This document shows, piece by piece, positions 32,129 to 41,533 of a stretch of DNA of 64,000 nucleotides. The notes under the pieces were generated by a model. That model worked only from the letters and a program-made list of their open reading frames with translations. It was not told the origin of the DNA and ran no database searches. The position numbers were made by a program, and so were the translations under genes. Source of the DNA: Escherichia coli (GTDB lineage: Bacteria > Pseudomonadota > Gammaproteobacteria > Enterobacterales > Enterobacteriaceae); NCBI RefSeq assembly GCF_024223415.1, contig NZ_CP100500.1, one strand, 5' to 3'. The stretch's first letter is position 1. Each line of letters begins with the position of its first letter.

Positions 32129-34987
32129 TTAACCCTCCGCTCCGGTGATAACAGCAATTACCTGAATGTAGGGTTCTTTTTCAGTCGTCATGGTGTCCTC
32201 AATCCATTCGATATAGCTGTCAAAATTGTGTTCGATTTCGCGTTGTCTCTGCTCTTTACGGCTCTGCTTGACTGACAATTGCTGTTTGTTATCGGCAAAA
32301 TCCAGCTCAAGTTGGCTCAACTGCCGCCCACGCAAAACGTCCAGCTTTTGCAGATGCTCATTCAGTTGCTGGTTAATGTGCGTTTCAAACGCATTCCGAT
32401 CATGGATGAATACCTCCCGGGCATGAGCAATAGCCGCTTCAAGTAAATCCTGCTGGCGTTGGTGATTACGATCTTTACCGCCGCTGTTAGTCAGCTTGTT
32501 ACTCAACTGCGGATGACGTTGTAAAAACTCAGCGAATGGCTGACTGCCGATTAGCGATTCACGGTTAAAGCTCACCACTATCCACGGGTTCACCATCGGA
32601 TGTGATTTACGGTTCGGGAATAACCCGGAAAGAATGAAGTGATCTTCATCGGGTTCAAGCAGGTATGGCAGACGGATAACTGGTGCCTGATGACGACCAA
32701 AAGCCGAAGAGATTTTATCGTCCAGCCACTGCACTACCGGGTTGATTTGCCAGAGATACTGCACATCGGGCCAGGCATGTTGCTCACCGCGAGCGCGCGC
32801 AATCGCGTCGGTGATGACGGTTTTATCCTGACTTAAATAGAGCTGCCAGTTCTCCGGGGCAATTTCAGGCGGTAGCTGGTTGAAGCGGCGGCGTAACTCC
32901 TCCGGAGCCACCAGCGACAAGGTATTATCAGGCAAGGTTTCATACTGGATAGTTTGACCACTGGCTTTCAGGTAACCCAATGCTCTTTCGCAGTACGCCT
33001 GTTCGCTGGCAAACAAGCTGGTGTCTGCTTCGGTGACCATTGAGGCATCGCTGGAAACCGCACTGCATATTTCGCCAAACAGATCGTGTTCGGCGCTTTC
33101 CGAGACGTTGCTGTTCAGCAGTTGATCAAACAGGCTGGCACCATCATCCTGCATCATGAACTCTGCAACCTGCTCTTCTTCCTCTTCCTGGGTAAATTTG
33201 CCGGTAAACTCCGAACTGTCCCCAATGTTCTTCTGCGCCTGTTCGTCTTTGTTGATCAACACTTCCAGTACGCGCATATCGCCATTGATCTGTGGTTCGC
33301 TGGCCTCAGTAAGCAGATAGCGGATTTGAGGCTGATGTTTTTGCCCATAGCGGTCAATACGCCCGTTACGTTGCTGGAATACCATCAACGACCACGGAAT
33401 ATCAAAGTGAATCATTTTGTGGCTAAGGTGATGCAGGTTGATCCCTTCAGATGCCACATCCGAACAAACCAGAAGACGCAACGGCGACTGCGTTTTACCA
33501 AAGGCTTCTACGGTTTCCATCAATACCGTATCGCCCTGATCGCCGCGCAGCGTGGCGATCTGGTCATCTTTCAATTTCAGATCCGCTCGCAGTTGCTGTT
33601 CGAGGAACTCCAGCGTTTTAATACTTTCGGTGAAGATCACCAGGCGATCTTCCGTGTTATTGGCTTTCCAGGCGAGGTCTTTTCGGATGGTGTCGAGCAG
33701 CAACTGGTATTTGCTAAACTGGCTGGCATCAATATTATTCAGCGCCAACAGCAATGACTCCAGTTCGTTGATCTGGCTCTGGCTATTATGATCTTTACGG
33801 CTCTCAAGACGCTTCAGACGATTCGCCACGACGCTGGCACACGCCATCGGGCTGGAAAATAGCGCTTTTTCGAGGGTTATCTTGAACAGACGACCTTTGT
33901 TAGACTGGGCCTGTTCATCGTCATCATCACGGAACTGGCTCTCAACCAGACGACGGTATGCTTCTTCTTCGGCACCGGATGCCAGGCGAGTCAATTTGAC
34001 AATATTGCGCTCGGGAAACTCGCCGGACATCTGATCTTTCACGTCTTTTTTGAAGCGACGGACAACCAGATTTTTATCGGCAAAGTCGGCGTATTCATAC
34101 TCTTTCGGGTTGGCGATCGCCGTCGGGTCAAGCATGTTCATCAGGCTGGCAAAACTTTCAGCCTTACCATCATGCGGCGTTGCTGAAAGCATAATCAGCG
34201 TATCGCTACGCCCGGCGAGCAGTTTTGCCAGTTTACTGCGTAACGAACTGGTTCCACGTTCTGCGACGTTATGGGCCTCATCAATGACAATAATATCCCA
34301 CCAGGCATTTTCCAGATGGTGACGATATTCAATGTCTTGTTTCAGCGTATCGATGGAGATAATGGTCTTGTCAAAATAGTGGAACGGGTTGTGGTTGGTT
34401 GGGATGCGGTTACGCACCTTTTGTAAACCAGCAGAATCCAGGCGGGTCAATGGGATCGCAAAACGGCTCCAGAACTCCTTCTGGAATTGTGTCAGCATCG
34501 ATTTGACCGCCAGAACCAGAATACGTTTTCCGCGCCCACGACGGATCAGCTCCGAAACCAGAATACCCGCTTCCAGTGTTTTACCCAGACCGACAGCGTC
34601 GGCAATGAGTATCCGCTGACGCGGTTGTGCCAGCGCCATCCGCGTAGGATCGAGCTGAAACGGCATGGAATCCATCGCCGCCAGATGACCAAAATGGACT
34701 TTACTGTCTGTCGGTACGCGTTGGCGTAACTGACTTTCGATATACAACTGCGCCGCTTGATAATTGGCGGATTCATCTTCCACCAAATGCGTTTTTGCGG
34801 GATCCAGGATCTCTACTTTTTGTTCCAGTTTGGTCAGAAATAACCCTTCTTTACCGCGCACAAGCTCTGAAATACCATCGCAGGTCAGCAAATACCCACC
34901 ATCACCACTGTCATCCGCCCGGCGAATACGCCATTCGGCATCACGAATAACCACCCGCATACCAGGTGCATAATTTTGCTTATTCAT
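32129..34987 (-). CDS. 952-aa SNF2-family helicase (DrmD-like), first gene of operon
   Basis: SNF2 Walker A LIADAVGLGKTLEAG, DEAH box IIVIDEAHNV, motif III LMLSATPHDG, C-terminal helicase motif …FQQRNGRIDRYGQ. It ends 2 nt before the methyltransferase start. Confidence 0.85.
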   Translation of the reverse strand: MNKQNYAPGMRVVIRDAEWRIRRADDSGDGGYLLTCDGISELVRGKEGLFLTKLEQKVEILDPAKTHLVEDESANYQAAQLYIESQLRQRVPTDSKVHFGHLAAMDSMPFQLDPTRMALAQPRQRILIADAVGLGKTLEAGILVSELIRRGRGKRILVLAVKSMLTQFQKEFWSRFAIPLTRLDSAGLQKVRNRIPTNHNPFHYFDKTIISIDTLKQDIEYRHHLENAWWDIIVIDEAHNVAERGTSSLRSKLAKLLAGRSDTLIMLSATPHDGKAESFASLMNMLDPTAIANPKEYEYADFADKNLVVRRFKKDVKDQMSGEFPERNIVKLTRLASGAEEEAYRRLVESQFRDDDDEQAQSNKGRLFKITLEKALFSSPMACASVVANRLKRLESRKDHNSQSQINELESLLLALNNIDASQFSKYQLLLDTIRKDLAWKANNTEDRLVIFTESIKTLEFLEQQLRADLKLKDDQIATLRGDQGDTVLMETVEAFGKTQSPLRLLVCSDVASEGINLHHLSHKMIHFDIPWSLMVFQQRNGRIDRYGQKHQPQIRYLLTEASEPQINGDMRVLEVLINKDEQAQKNIGDSSEFTGKFTQEEEEEQVAEFMMQDDGASLFDQLLNSNVSESAEHDLFGEICSAVSSDASMVTEADTSLFASEQAYCERALGYLKASGQTIQYETLPDNTLSLVAPEELRRRFNQLPPEIAPENWQLYLSQDKTVITDAIARARGEQHAWPDVQYLWQINPVVQWLDDKISSAFGRHQAPVIRLPYLLEPDEDHFILSGLFPNRKSHPMVNPWIVVSFNRESLIGSQPFAEFLQRHPQLSNKLTNSGGKDRNHQRQQDLLEAAIAHAREVFIHDRNAFETHINQQLNEHLQKLDVLRGRQLSQLELDFADNKQQLSVKQSRKEQRQREIEHNFDSYIEWIEDTMTTEKEPYIQVIAVITGAEG

Positions 34988-35058
34988 CGGTTTTTCTGTC
35001 TATTTGGGGCAGTGGCGGTAACGTCATCCTGAAAAATGTGGCGCGGCACACTGCGATA

Positions 35059-35093
35059 AAAAAGAGGGCCTTAAAGATATCATGAAGGCCCCC
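35059..35093 (-). terminator. candidate rho-independent terminator between the Druantia-like operon and the SNF2-led operon
   Basis: On the minus strand: gggcctt-(12 nt loop)-aaggccc followed by tctttttt. Confidence 0.4.
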
Positions 35094-35210
35094 GGCAAAG
35101 TGACAAAATGGGAGGGAATGCGCATAAATTGCGCATGATTTTCAAACAAAAATTATTAAAAAGTGAGCTGGGTCAACTCCCCTGGAAGATATCCCCAGGG
35201 AAGCAATTAT

Positions 35211-38200
35211 TTATCCAGCGATAATATAACTCCTAAGGTCATTACCCGGGGCAACAGCTCGCGCTCGCGTGTTTGCCAGCCGTTCAACTTGCTGCGGTAC
35301 TCGCAGGGCAAAATCAAAGAAGGTATCTTCAATACAGCGCCAGTAGCTAAGCCCCATGTCGAGCAGGACATAATGCTGACTGCCATCGCTGAAGGTGACT
35401 GTCAGTTCTCGTCCATGCTCCGTACTCTGGTTATCCCCCGTTAACCAGCTAATTGCTCCCGGCCACGCAGGCCCCAGATATCCTTCTTCAAGTAAAGTGG
35501 TCACAACCTGCTGACGATCTTCCTCATTAAGCCACGCGTTATAGAGAGCGTCGTGTTGGCGAGAGTTGTAATCCAATTTTTTGACGCAAACAGTGAGGCT
35601 GGCGCGTTCCGCCATTCCCTGTTCAACCAGCTCGGTTAAGATTTCACCTAACAAACGCGCCGTGAATGGGCTATTAAGATAACGATCGCTGTACTCAACA
35701 TGCGTTATCTCTTTGTGGCGGGTAAATGCCTGCTTCCAGCCAGCGTGCTGTTGCGTGACTAACGACCAGAAACGCGAACCAAAACCTTCCAGCGGCCCGT
35801 CCAGTTGTTCACAGAGATTGATGCGCACCGCCCCGGTGGGTAAGGCGGGCAGTAAATCTTCTGCACTTAAGGTCTGACCCGAGAAGTTTTTTCCGGACGT
35901 TCCTTTAAGTGTCACTACTGGTGAAGACGCACTTTGTCCCCATAATTCACCAGGGGCAACGGTAGCGCTGTCGTCTGCGGCCCACTGTTGGCTTTGCCCT
36001 TCGCGAGTCACCTGCGCAAGCCAGCGCCCCTTTCCTTGCATGAGTTGCGCAGTGGCAATGGATTTCACTTGTAAGCGTCCTCCCGGCATCGCCGCCAACG
36101 CGGAAAGCTGATGTCTGGAGCTATCAGTTAAGTTTTCCAGCGGCGTGGCCACCAGCAACTCAACATTCCCACCGGAGGAGGCAAACTGGAGCAACTCTTT
36201 AAATAATGGCCATTGGGCAAAGTCCCACTGTTCCTGCGGCCCCGCAAGAACCAGCGAGCAGGAGTCATAAATCTCGCTGTTCAGGCATTGCGCAATACGT
36301 AAACTCAGAGGGTTAGTTTCAACCCGGCTACCATCGCCGAAGTACTGATATTCTGGCGCGAGGTTAAGTCGCTGCAACCGTACATTGGTAAGCAGGGTTA
36401 ATGCATGGTGACGATCTAATCTGTTGACATAATGCTGACTGTCGTAGCTGAGCAAGCAGTGGTGACAAAATTTATCGCAACTGCAATCGAGCAATTTTCT
36501 GGCGTAATTAAAGACATCAGCCCAATGGTCGATCAATTGCACTGCATAACCTGCACCACCCGCATTATTGTCGTATATGAAGATGGAATATCCGGTATAG
36601 CCATTGATATCGCGCGCTTGCTGCGTCGTCACGCCCAGCTCAGTATTTTCGATACCCAATTTATGCGCTAACCCTTCACGCAAAGCGACCGCAAGGGAAC
36701 GCGCGGCAACCTCATCACGGATCAACAGGCCATTATCATCATTGAGTTGCAGCTCAACCATATCTGTACGACTGCTATATCCCAACCACAGATCTTTATG
36801 CACATGACCGTGGCACAATTTATTGCTCCCCTGACGATCGTTACTGCCCCCTCGCAACAGGTAATGCGTATTTTCCCGCTCTGGGTTCTTTAGATTTTCA
36901 GGGGTACGCTGGGGTTGAGTTTGAGATTCTGCCCGACCACATGAGAGGCAAATTGCGTAGCCGTGCCCAAATTCCCCTTCACTGAAGTGGAACAATTCCC
37001 CACTATGGCTAAAACGGTAACGTCCTAGCCCAGCATCGGGTAAAGAAACCCACACCGAAGACGGTACAAGAACACGTGGATCTTTCCAAGGAAGTTGTGC
37101 AGGCATGGATACATCATTATGTGCCTGATAACGAATATCTGTCGCAAAACCAACAGGCTGTAAATAACGCTTCACATCAAGTTGCTGTATATCCGCTTTG
37201 CAGTGACTACATTCGACAGGACGGGTAGTACTGGTTGCCCCCGCACCACATTTACGGCAATGCCAGAACCACGGAATGTGATGATCGCCTGACAGCTCCT
37301 GCCCGCTGGCAAGTACCTTGCCAAGCATAATGCCCGAGGAACGATATACTTTTCCGCCCAATACCACATCTGCACCAGGCGCATACTCGCGTAATGCTGT
37401 AGGTAGATCACGGCTGGGCAATTTTTCAATACGACGAGAAAAGCTTTCTCCCCCTTCATTAGGGTCAGCCTGAGTAGCTTTTATTGCACGACGTTTTTCC
37501 AGCTCATCTGCCGTCAGATAATTGAAATTGACGACGCCAACCGGGAAACCATGCCCCGGCAGGAACGCTTCACTAATGAGTTTAGAAAACAGATATGCAC
37601 CGCGATAATCACGAAGCTGATAAGCGATGGCTTTACCTGCTGGCGTTTCTTCCCACGCGCTGTTATCCGCCTTCAACGCTTCGATATTTTCCAACAGTAT
37701 CGCAAGTTGGCTTCTCCAGCGGATATCAACCTGCTGCATCATTGCTTGTGTGCGGGTCAAGAGCTGGGTTGCCGTCAATGACTTCAGGACGGTTCCCTGA
37801 GTAAGGCGTTTAAGTTTATCCGCCAGCTCATCGGCCTGGTGATTTAACCAATGAAGAAAACGAAGACACTGGCTCTCATCACCTTCAAAGAACCATTTGC
37901 AACTCAGTTTTGTCGCATCAGGTACTTCAGCTCGTAAAAACAGACCTAAAACCAGGGCATTAACATGTCGTTGAACAATACTACTGCTCCCAAAACGAAC
38001 CCGTGGCGCACTGGCAGTAGTGTTGAACGCCCAGAGGGGGTCTTTGAATACCTCCATTCCATGCGCCGTGTTTTTACATAACGTAATGGCAGCAGATGCA
38101 CTCTCTCCACGACGCCCCGCGCGACCTGCACGCTGCAAATAATTTGCCGGCGCTGGAGGAACGTTGTTCATTGCCACCAAACTCATACCACCAATATCCA

Positions 38201-38693
38201 CCCCCATCTCCATGGTCGTGGAACAGTTCAGCACATTAACTTTGCCTGACTTAAATTGTTTTTCATTAAACTGGTTCTGCTCAGGCGTTCTCTGCGCAGA
38301 GTGTTCCTCCAGACGATACCAGCTATCTTTCAGGGCCAGTCGGTCGCTGCGAGTAGACCATAATCCTTCCTCGCGGGCATGTTGAATCAGCGCATTACTT
38401 TCCAGCCACTCCAGACGTTCTTCTCGGGCGATTTCTCCACCACCAGACAAACGCCAGTGACGTACAGGAAGCTCAGGCATTTCAATCAACACTGCTTTTT
38501 CAGGTGCAATTTCTTTGCTACCCGGCAAATACGGAGAGTATCCCAGCAACGTGACGTCTAACGCACGTCGAGTATAGGGGCAACGCCACACTTGCTTTGG
38601 ACTGTAAAATTCAGCCTGTTGTTTAATATCCAGCTGATAACCCGACTCAAACTGACGTAAGCAGGGTCGAATTGCATCCCAGACCTCAATCAT
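35211..38693 (-). CDS. C-terminal segment (1160 aa) of a DruE-like giant helicase; frame open upstream to the A7 tract at 38830-38836
   Basis: Helicase motif VI …ANYLQRAGRAGRRGE… near its N-terminus (matching the C-terminal lobe of the upstream ORF), then Cys clusters (CRKCGAG…CSHCKAD, CLSCGRAES, CSCDKFCHHC). Architecture parallels the 2113-aa protein. Confidence 0.7.
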   Translation of the reverse strand: MIEVWDAIRPCLRQFESGYQLDIKQQAEFYSPKQVWRCPYTRRALDVTLLGYSPYLPGSKEIAPEKAVLIEMPELPVRHWRLSGGGEIAREERLEWLESNALIQHAREEGLWSTRSDRLALKDSWYRLEEHSAQRTPEQNQFNEKQFKSGKVNVLNCSTTMEMGVDIGGMSLVAMNNVPPAPANYLQRAGRAGRRGESASAAITLCKNTAHGMEVFKDPLWAFNTTASAPRVRFGSSSIVQRHVNALVLGLFLRAEVPDATKLSCKWFFEGDESQCLRFLHWLNHQADELADKLKRLTQGTVLKSLTATQLLTRTQAMMQQVDIRWRSQLAILLENIEALKADNSAWEETPAGKAIAYQLRDYRGAYLFSKLISEAFLPGHGFPVGVVNFNYLTADELEKRRAIKATQADPNEGGESFSRRIEKLPSRDLPTALREYAPGADVVLGGKVYRSSGIMLGKVLASGQELSGDHHIPWFWHCRKCGAGATSTTRPVECSHCKADIQQLDVKRYLQPVGFATDIRYQAHNDVSMPAQLPWKDPRVLVPSSVWVSLPDAGLGRYRFSHSGELFHFSEGEFGHGYAICLSCGRAESQTQPQRTPENLKNPERENTHYLLRGGSNDRQGSNKLCHGHVHKDLWLGYSSRTDMVELQLNDDNGLLIRDEVAARSLAVALREGLAHKLGIENTELGVTTQQARDINGYTGYSIFIYDNNAGGAGYAVQLIDHWADVFNYARKLLDCSCDKFCHHCLLSYDSQHYVNRLDRHHALTLLTNVRLQRLNLAPEYQYFGDGSRVETNPLSLRIAQCLNSEIYDSCSLVLAGPQEQWDFAQWPLFKELLQFASSGGNVELLVATPLENLTDSSRHQLSALAAMPGGRLQVKSIATAQLMQGKGRWLAQVTREGQSQQWAADDSATVAPGELWGQSASSPVVTLKGTSGKNFSGQTLSAEDLLPALPTGAVRINLCEQLDGPLEGFGSRFWSLVTQQHAGWKQAFTRHKEITHVEYSDRYLNSPFTARLLGEILTELVEQGMAERASLTVCVKKLDYNSRQHDALYNAWLNEEDRQQVVTTLLEEGYLGPAWPGAISWLTGDNQSTEHGRELTVTFSDGSQHYVLLDMGLSYWRCIEDTFFDFALRVPQQVERLANTRARAVAPGNDLRSYIIAG

Positions 38694-38755
38694 TAAGTGG
38701 TTAACTAACGATTTCCAGTGAGCCTGCTCAGGTTGTATTGCCGGAAAGACTGCGA

Positions 38756-41533
38756 TTAATAGCTTAATGACCCGGTTATAATGGCGATCGCGTATTTGTG
38801 GCCAAAGTTGATCACGTTTCTGCCCTTTGTTTTTTTATCTGGCCCCTGGAGCATTTTTACCGGGAAACGTGCCCCCATCCAGCGAGGGTATTGCTCGTTT
38901 TCGTAAAAAACGGCACTGTTTTCACGGATAAAGAAATCAAGAGTAATCTTCAATAAATTACGCCATTCCGCTAATTGCTTATCGGGATCGGGTAATAATG
39001 TCTTCCAGTCCTGCGGGCAGGTTGTAACTTTATCAATAAATGGATAGTGAATGGCTACCAGACCCAGACTTTCGAGGGTCCAGGCATTTTTAGGGCGGCG
39101 ACCAAACTCGCTGTATAAACAAAAATCTGCAAACTGTTGTTTAGTAAGATCAAGCCCAGACAATTCTTTAAAACTGCCTCTCATTCTATCGGCAAGGTCC
39201 ACACTGCCAACCAGCTGTTCAGACAGCGTTTGCCATGACATGGTTTTCTTCTGCTGATTGCCAGAGTTAACCTGAAGTATTTGCATCGCTTCAGCATGCT
39301 CCGGGCTTAAGGAACTCACCATCGGCTCAATAATTTTAAGTGACTGAATGTCCGCCGGGCTAAGCTCCTCATTCGCAGCCATCGCTTTTTTCAGCGCGTC
39401 GATGGAATTTTTTAAAGGGAGGACAGAAAACTGGCTAATAACTTTCTCTAACAGTGCACAGTGTGCCGGGCTGAGTTTTGCTGAAGGCTCTGTAATATTT
39501 GCCAGCTCCTGGTAACAAAGAGCTCGCAACGTCGCTTTATCGGCATCCTGCTGTAAGCGGGCTGAAATGCGAGCGGTACCCTGACGCGAATCCGTAAAGG
39601 TGAGCAAGCGTCGACCATTAAACGGTCCTAACTGCTCTTCTCTTGTTTGCGGTAATGGAGAAAACTCCAGCAGAGTAGGAATAATTTCATTTAAAAAAAA
39701 GGGCGCGCCGAGCCGAAGCGGACGGAATAAAGGATTATTTTTCCGTTGAGTGTCACCACAGCAAACACAAGCAAAGGAGTTATTGCGCCCCTCACCTCGA
39801 GATTCCGGTCTTAACAGGTTTATTTCATAGTGCTTTTGCGCTTCACTATCAATTTTCCCCGCCGTCGTTTCTTCCAGTGAAATGATATATTTTTCACCAT
39901 CGCTCGCAATCAGACGATCAAATTGAGAGTTATTGTCTAATTCGTCGTTGTCTTCATCTTCAGAATAAACATCTACATCAAGAGCAAACTCATCCACTTC
40001 GGCAGCGGCTGGTTGCGCTACCAACCAGTTCGTTCCATCACCGCGCATCTCCTCTTTGGCAGACAAATAAGCTGAACCACACCCGGAGCAACGTAAAACT
40101 TCAAATACCGGCGCTCCACAGTCACAATATTGGCGCTGCTCAAACCATACCTGACCAAATGGCCAGTCACTCTGATTTAATTCATGTGCTTTATGTGAGC
40201 ATTGTTTGTTTGAACATGCCCATAGACCCGCCAGTGTTCTGATAAACCCATGCATACGTAATGGCGTAAAAGCCAGTTCACCTTCTCGCGATCTTGCCAT
40301 TAGATCGAGGAGTTGCAGTAGCTCACGGTGATTAATATCTGGCCAGGTTCTTCTGGCAACATTGAGCAACTCACTCAAACGTACTGCCTGCCGTCCGGGA
40401 TGAGTTAACGCCTGACGCAATTGCTGGGCCACACGGTAATGACAAAGCTGTTGGTAAAGATCCTGAGGGCTCAGGGATTTAAGAGAAGTTAAAGATGTGG
40501 GGTATTCATGACGAATCAGCGACTCCGATACCCGCGGTATTTGTCGATAACCGCGAACCACTTTGACATCACGTTCTGTAACGCCCGCGAGATCAGCGAC
40601 AAATTTAGCAAGCTCCTTATTACCTTCAGGAGAGTCTTCACCAATAGTGGCAGAGGTCGCGATAATCTGCACAGGTTTATCTGTGCCGGGTCCAACATTG
40701 AAAGCCTGCATAACACGACGTAAAAGCAGCGCTAACTCAGCAGCCTGAGAACCAATATAACTATGGGCTTCATCCAGGACGATATACTTTAACATCCCCT
40801 GAGACTTTTCGATGATTGGGGCATCTTTACGACGAATCAGCATATATTCCAGCATGGTGGTATTCGTCACCATGATGGAAGGTGGTGCTTCATAAATGGC
40901 TTCCCGACTCAAAGCTTGTTCAGGTACTTTCAACTGATCTTCCTGAACTTCGTATTTGGTATGCCGGGTTTCGCCATTATATAGCGCGAAGCGTATTTTC
41001 CCCTTAAATCCGCGCGTCCATTCGCGAAGCCGCTCCTGTTGGCTGTTAATTAATGCATTTAACGGATACAAGAAAATAGCTTGTGTCCCTGTTAGTGACT
41101 GGCGGGTCGATTTTTGCTGACGAATAAGATCTTCCAGAACCGGTACCATAAAGCATTCTGTTTTCCCGGATCCCGTACCGCTGCTCACTAACAAGGATTT
41201 TTTGTCTTCCAGAATCGTTCGCCACGCAGTAAGTTGATGACGAAATGGCACTGGCGCTTTGCTCAATGCATCAACCAGCGGGCTGGAGATCAGCTTGTCC
41301 CGCAAATCCTCCATTGTTTCATCCGCAGGCATCCAGCCGAATGTACTTTCGAATACCGGGTCTGCAAGCAGTGACCCCTCCTGACCGGGAGGCTGAAAAT
41401 ATTGTGATTCCAGATAATGAGTCAACGACTTGCTCCGCAATGCCAACTGACTTACCACCGACCTCACCGCACGCTGATGAAGCTGATTTAGAAGTGGCGC
41501 ATAATGCAGTTGCTGAACGTCCATCAATGACAT
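38756..41533 (-). CDS. N-terminal segment (925 aa) of a DruE-like giant helicase; ends 2 codons... stop shortly after an A7 tract
   Basis: Motif I VSSGTGSGKTECFMVPVL, motif II VLDEAHSYIG, internal Cys clusters as in the 2113-aa paralog. It is in a different frame from the downstream 1160-aa ORF by exactly one nucleotide. Confidence 0.7.
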   Translation of the reverse strand: MSLMDVQQLHYAPLLNQLHQRAVRSVVSQLALRSKSLTHYLESQYFQPPGQEGSLLADPVFESTFGWMPADETMEDLRDKLISSPLVDALSKAPVPFRHQLTAWRTILEDKKSLLVSSGTGSGKTECFMVPVLEDLIRQQKSTRQSLTGTQAIFLYPLNALINSQQERLREWTRGFKGKIRFALYNGETRHTKYEVQEDQLKVPEQALSREAIYEAPPSIMVTNTTMLEYMLIRRKDAPIIEKSQGMLKYIVLDEAHSYIGSQAAELALLLRRVMQAFNVGPGTDKPVQIIATSATIGEDSPEGNKELAKFVADLAGVTERDVKVVRGYRQIPRVSESLIRHEYPTSLTSLKSLSPQDLYQQLCHYRVAQQLRQALTHPGRQAVRLSELLNVARRTWPDINHRELLQLLDLMARSREGELAFTPLRMHGFIRTLAGLWACSNKQCSHKAHELNQSDWPFGQVWFEQRQYCDCGAPVFEVLRCSGCGSAYLSAKEEMRGDGTNWLVAQPAAAEVDEFALDVDVYSEDEDNDELDNNSQFDRLIASDGEKYIISLEETTAGKIDSEAQKHYEINLLRPESRGEGRNNSFACVCCGDTQRKNNPLFRPLRLGAPFFLNEIIPTLLEFSPLPQTREEQLGPFNGRRLLTFTDSRQGTARISARLQQDADKATLRALCYQELANITEPSAKLSPAHCALLEKVISQFSVLPLKNSIDALKKAMAANEELSPADIQSLKIIEPMVSSLSPEHAEAMQILQVNSGNQQKKTMSWQTLSEQLVGSVDLADRMRGSFKELSGLDLTKQQFADFCLYSEFGRRPKNAWTLESLGLVAIHYPFIDKVTTCPQDWKTLLPDPDKQLAEWRNLLKITLDFFIRENSAVFYENEQYPRWMGARFPVKMLQGPDKKTKGRNVINFGHKYAIAIITGSLSY

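Noticed and set aside
20854-34987. Search for a PLD-type nuclease (HxK(x4)D) expected for DISARM drmC
   Set aside because: No such motif was found by eye in any of the four operon proteins; the FHKN sequence near the C-terminus of the 2113-aa protein does not fit the HxK spacing. Absence is reported as a finding rather than a feature.
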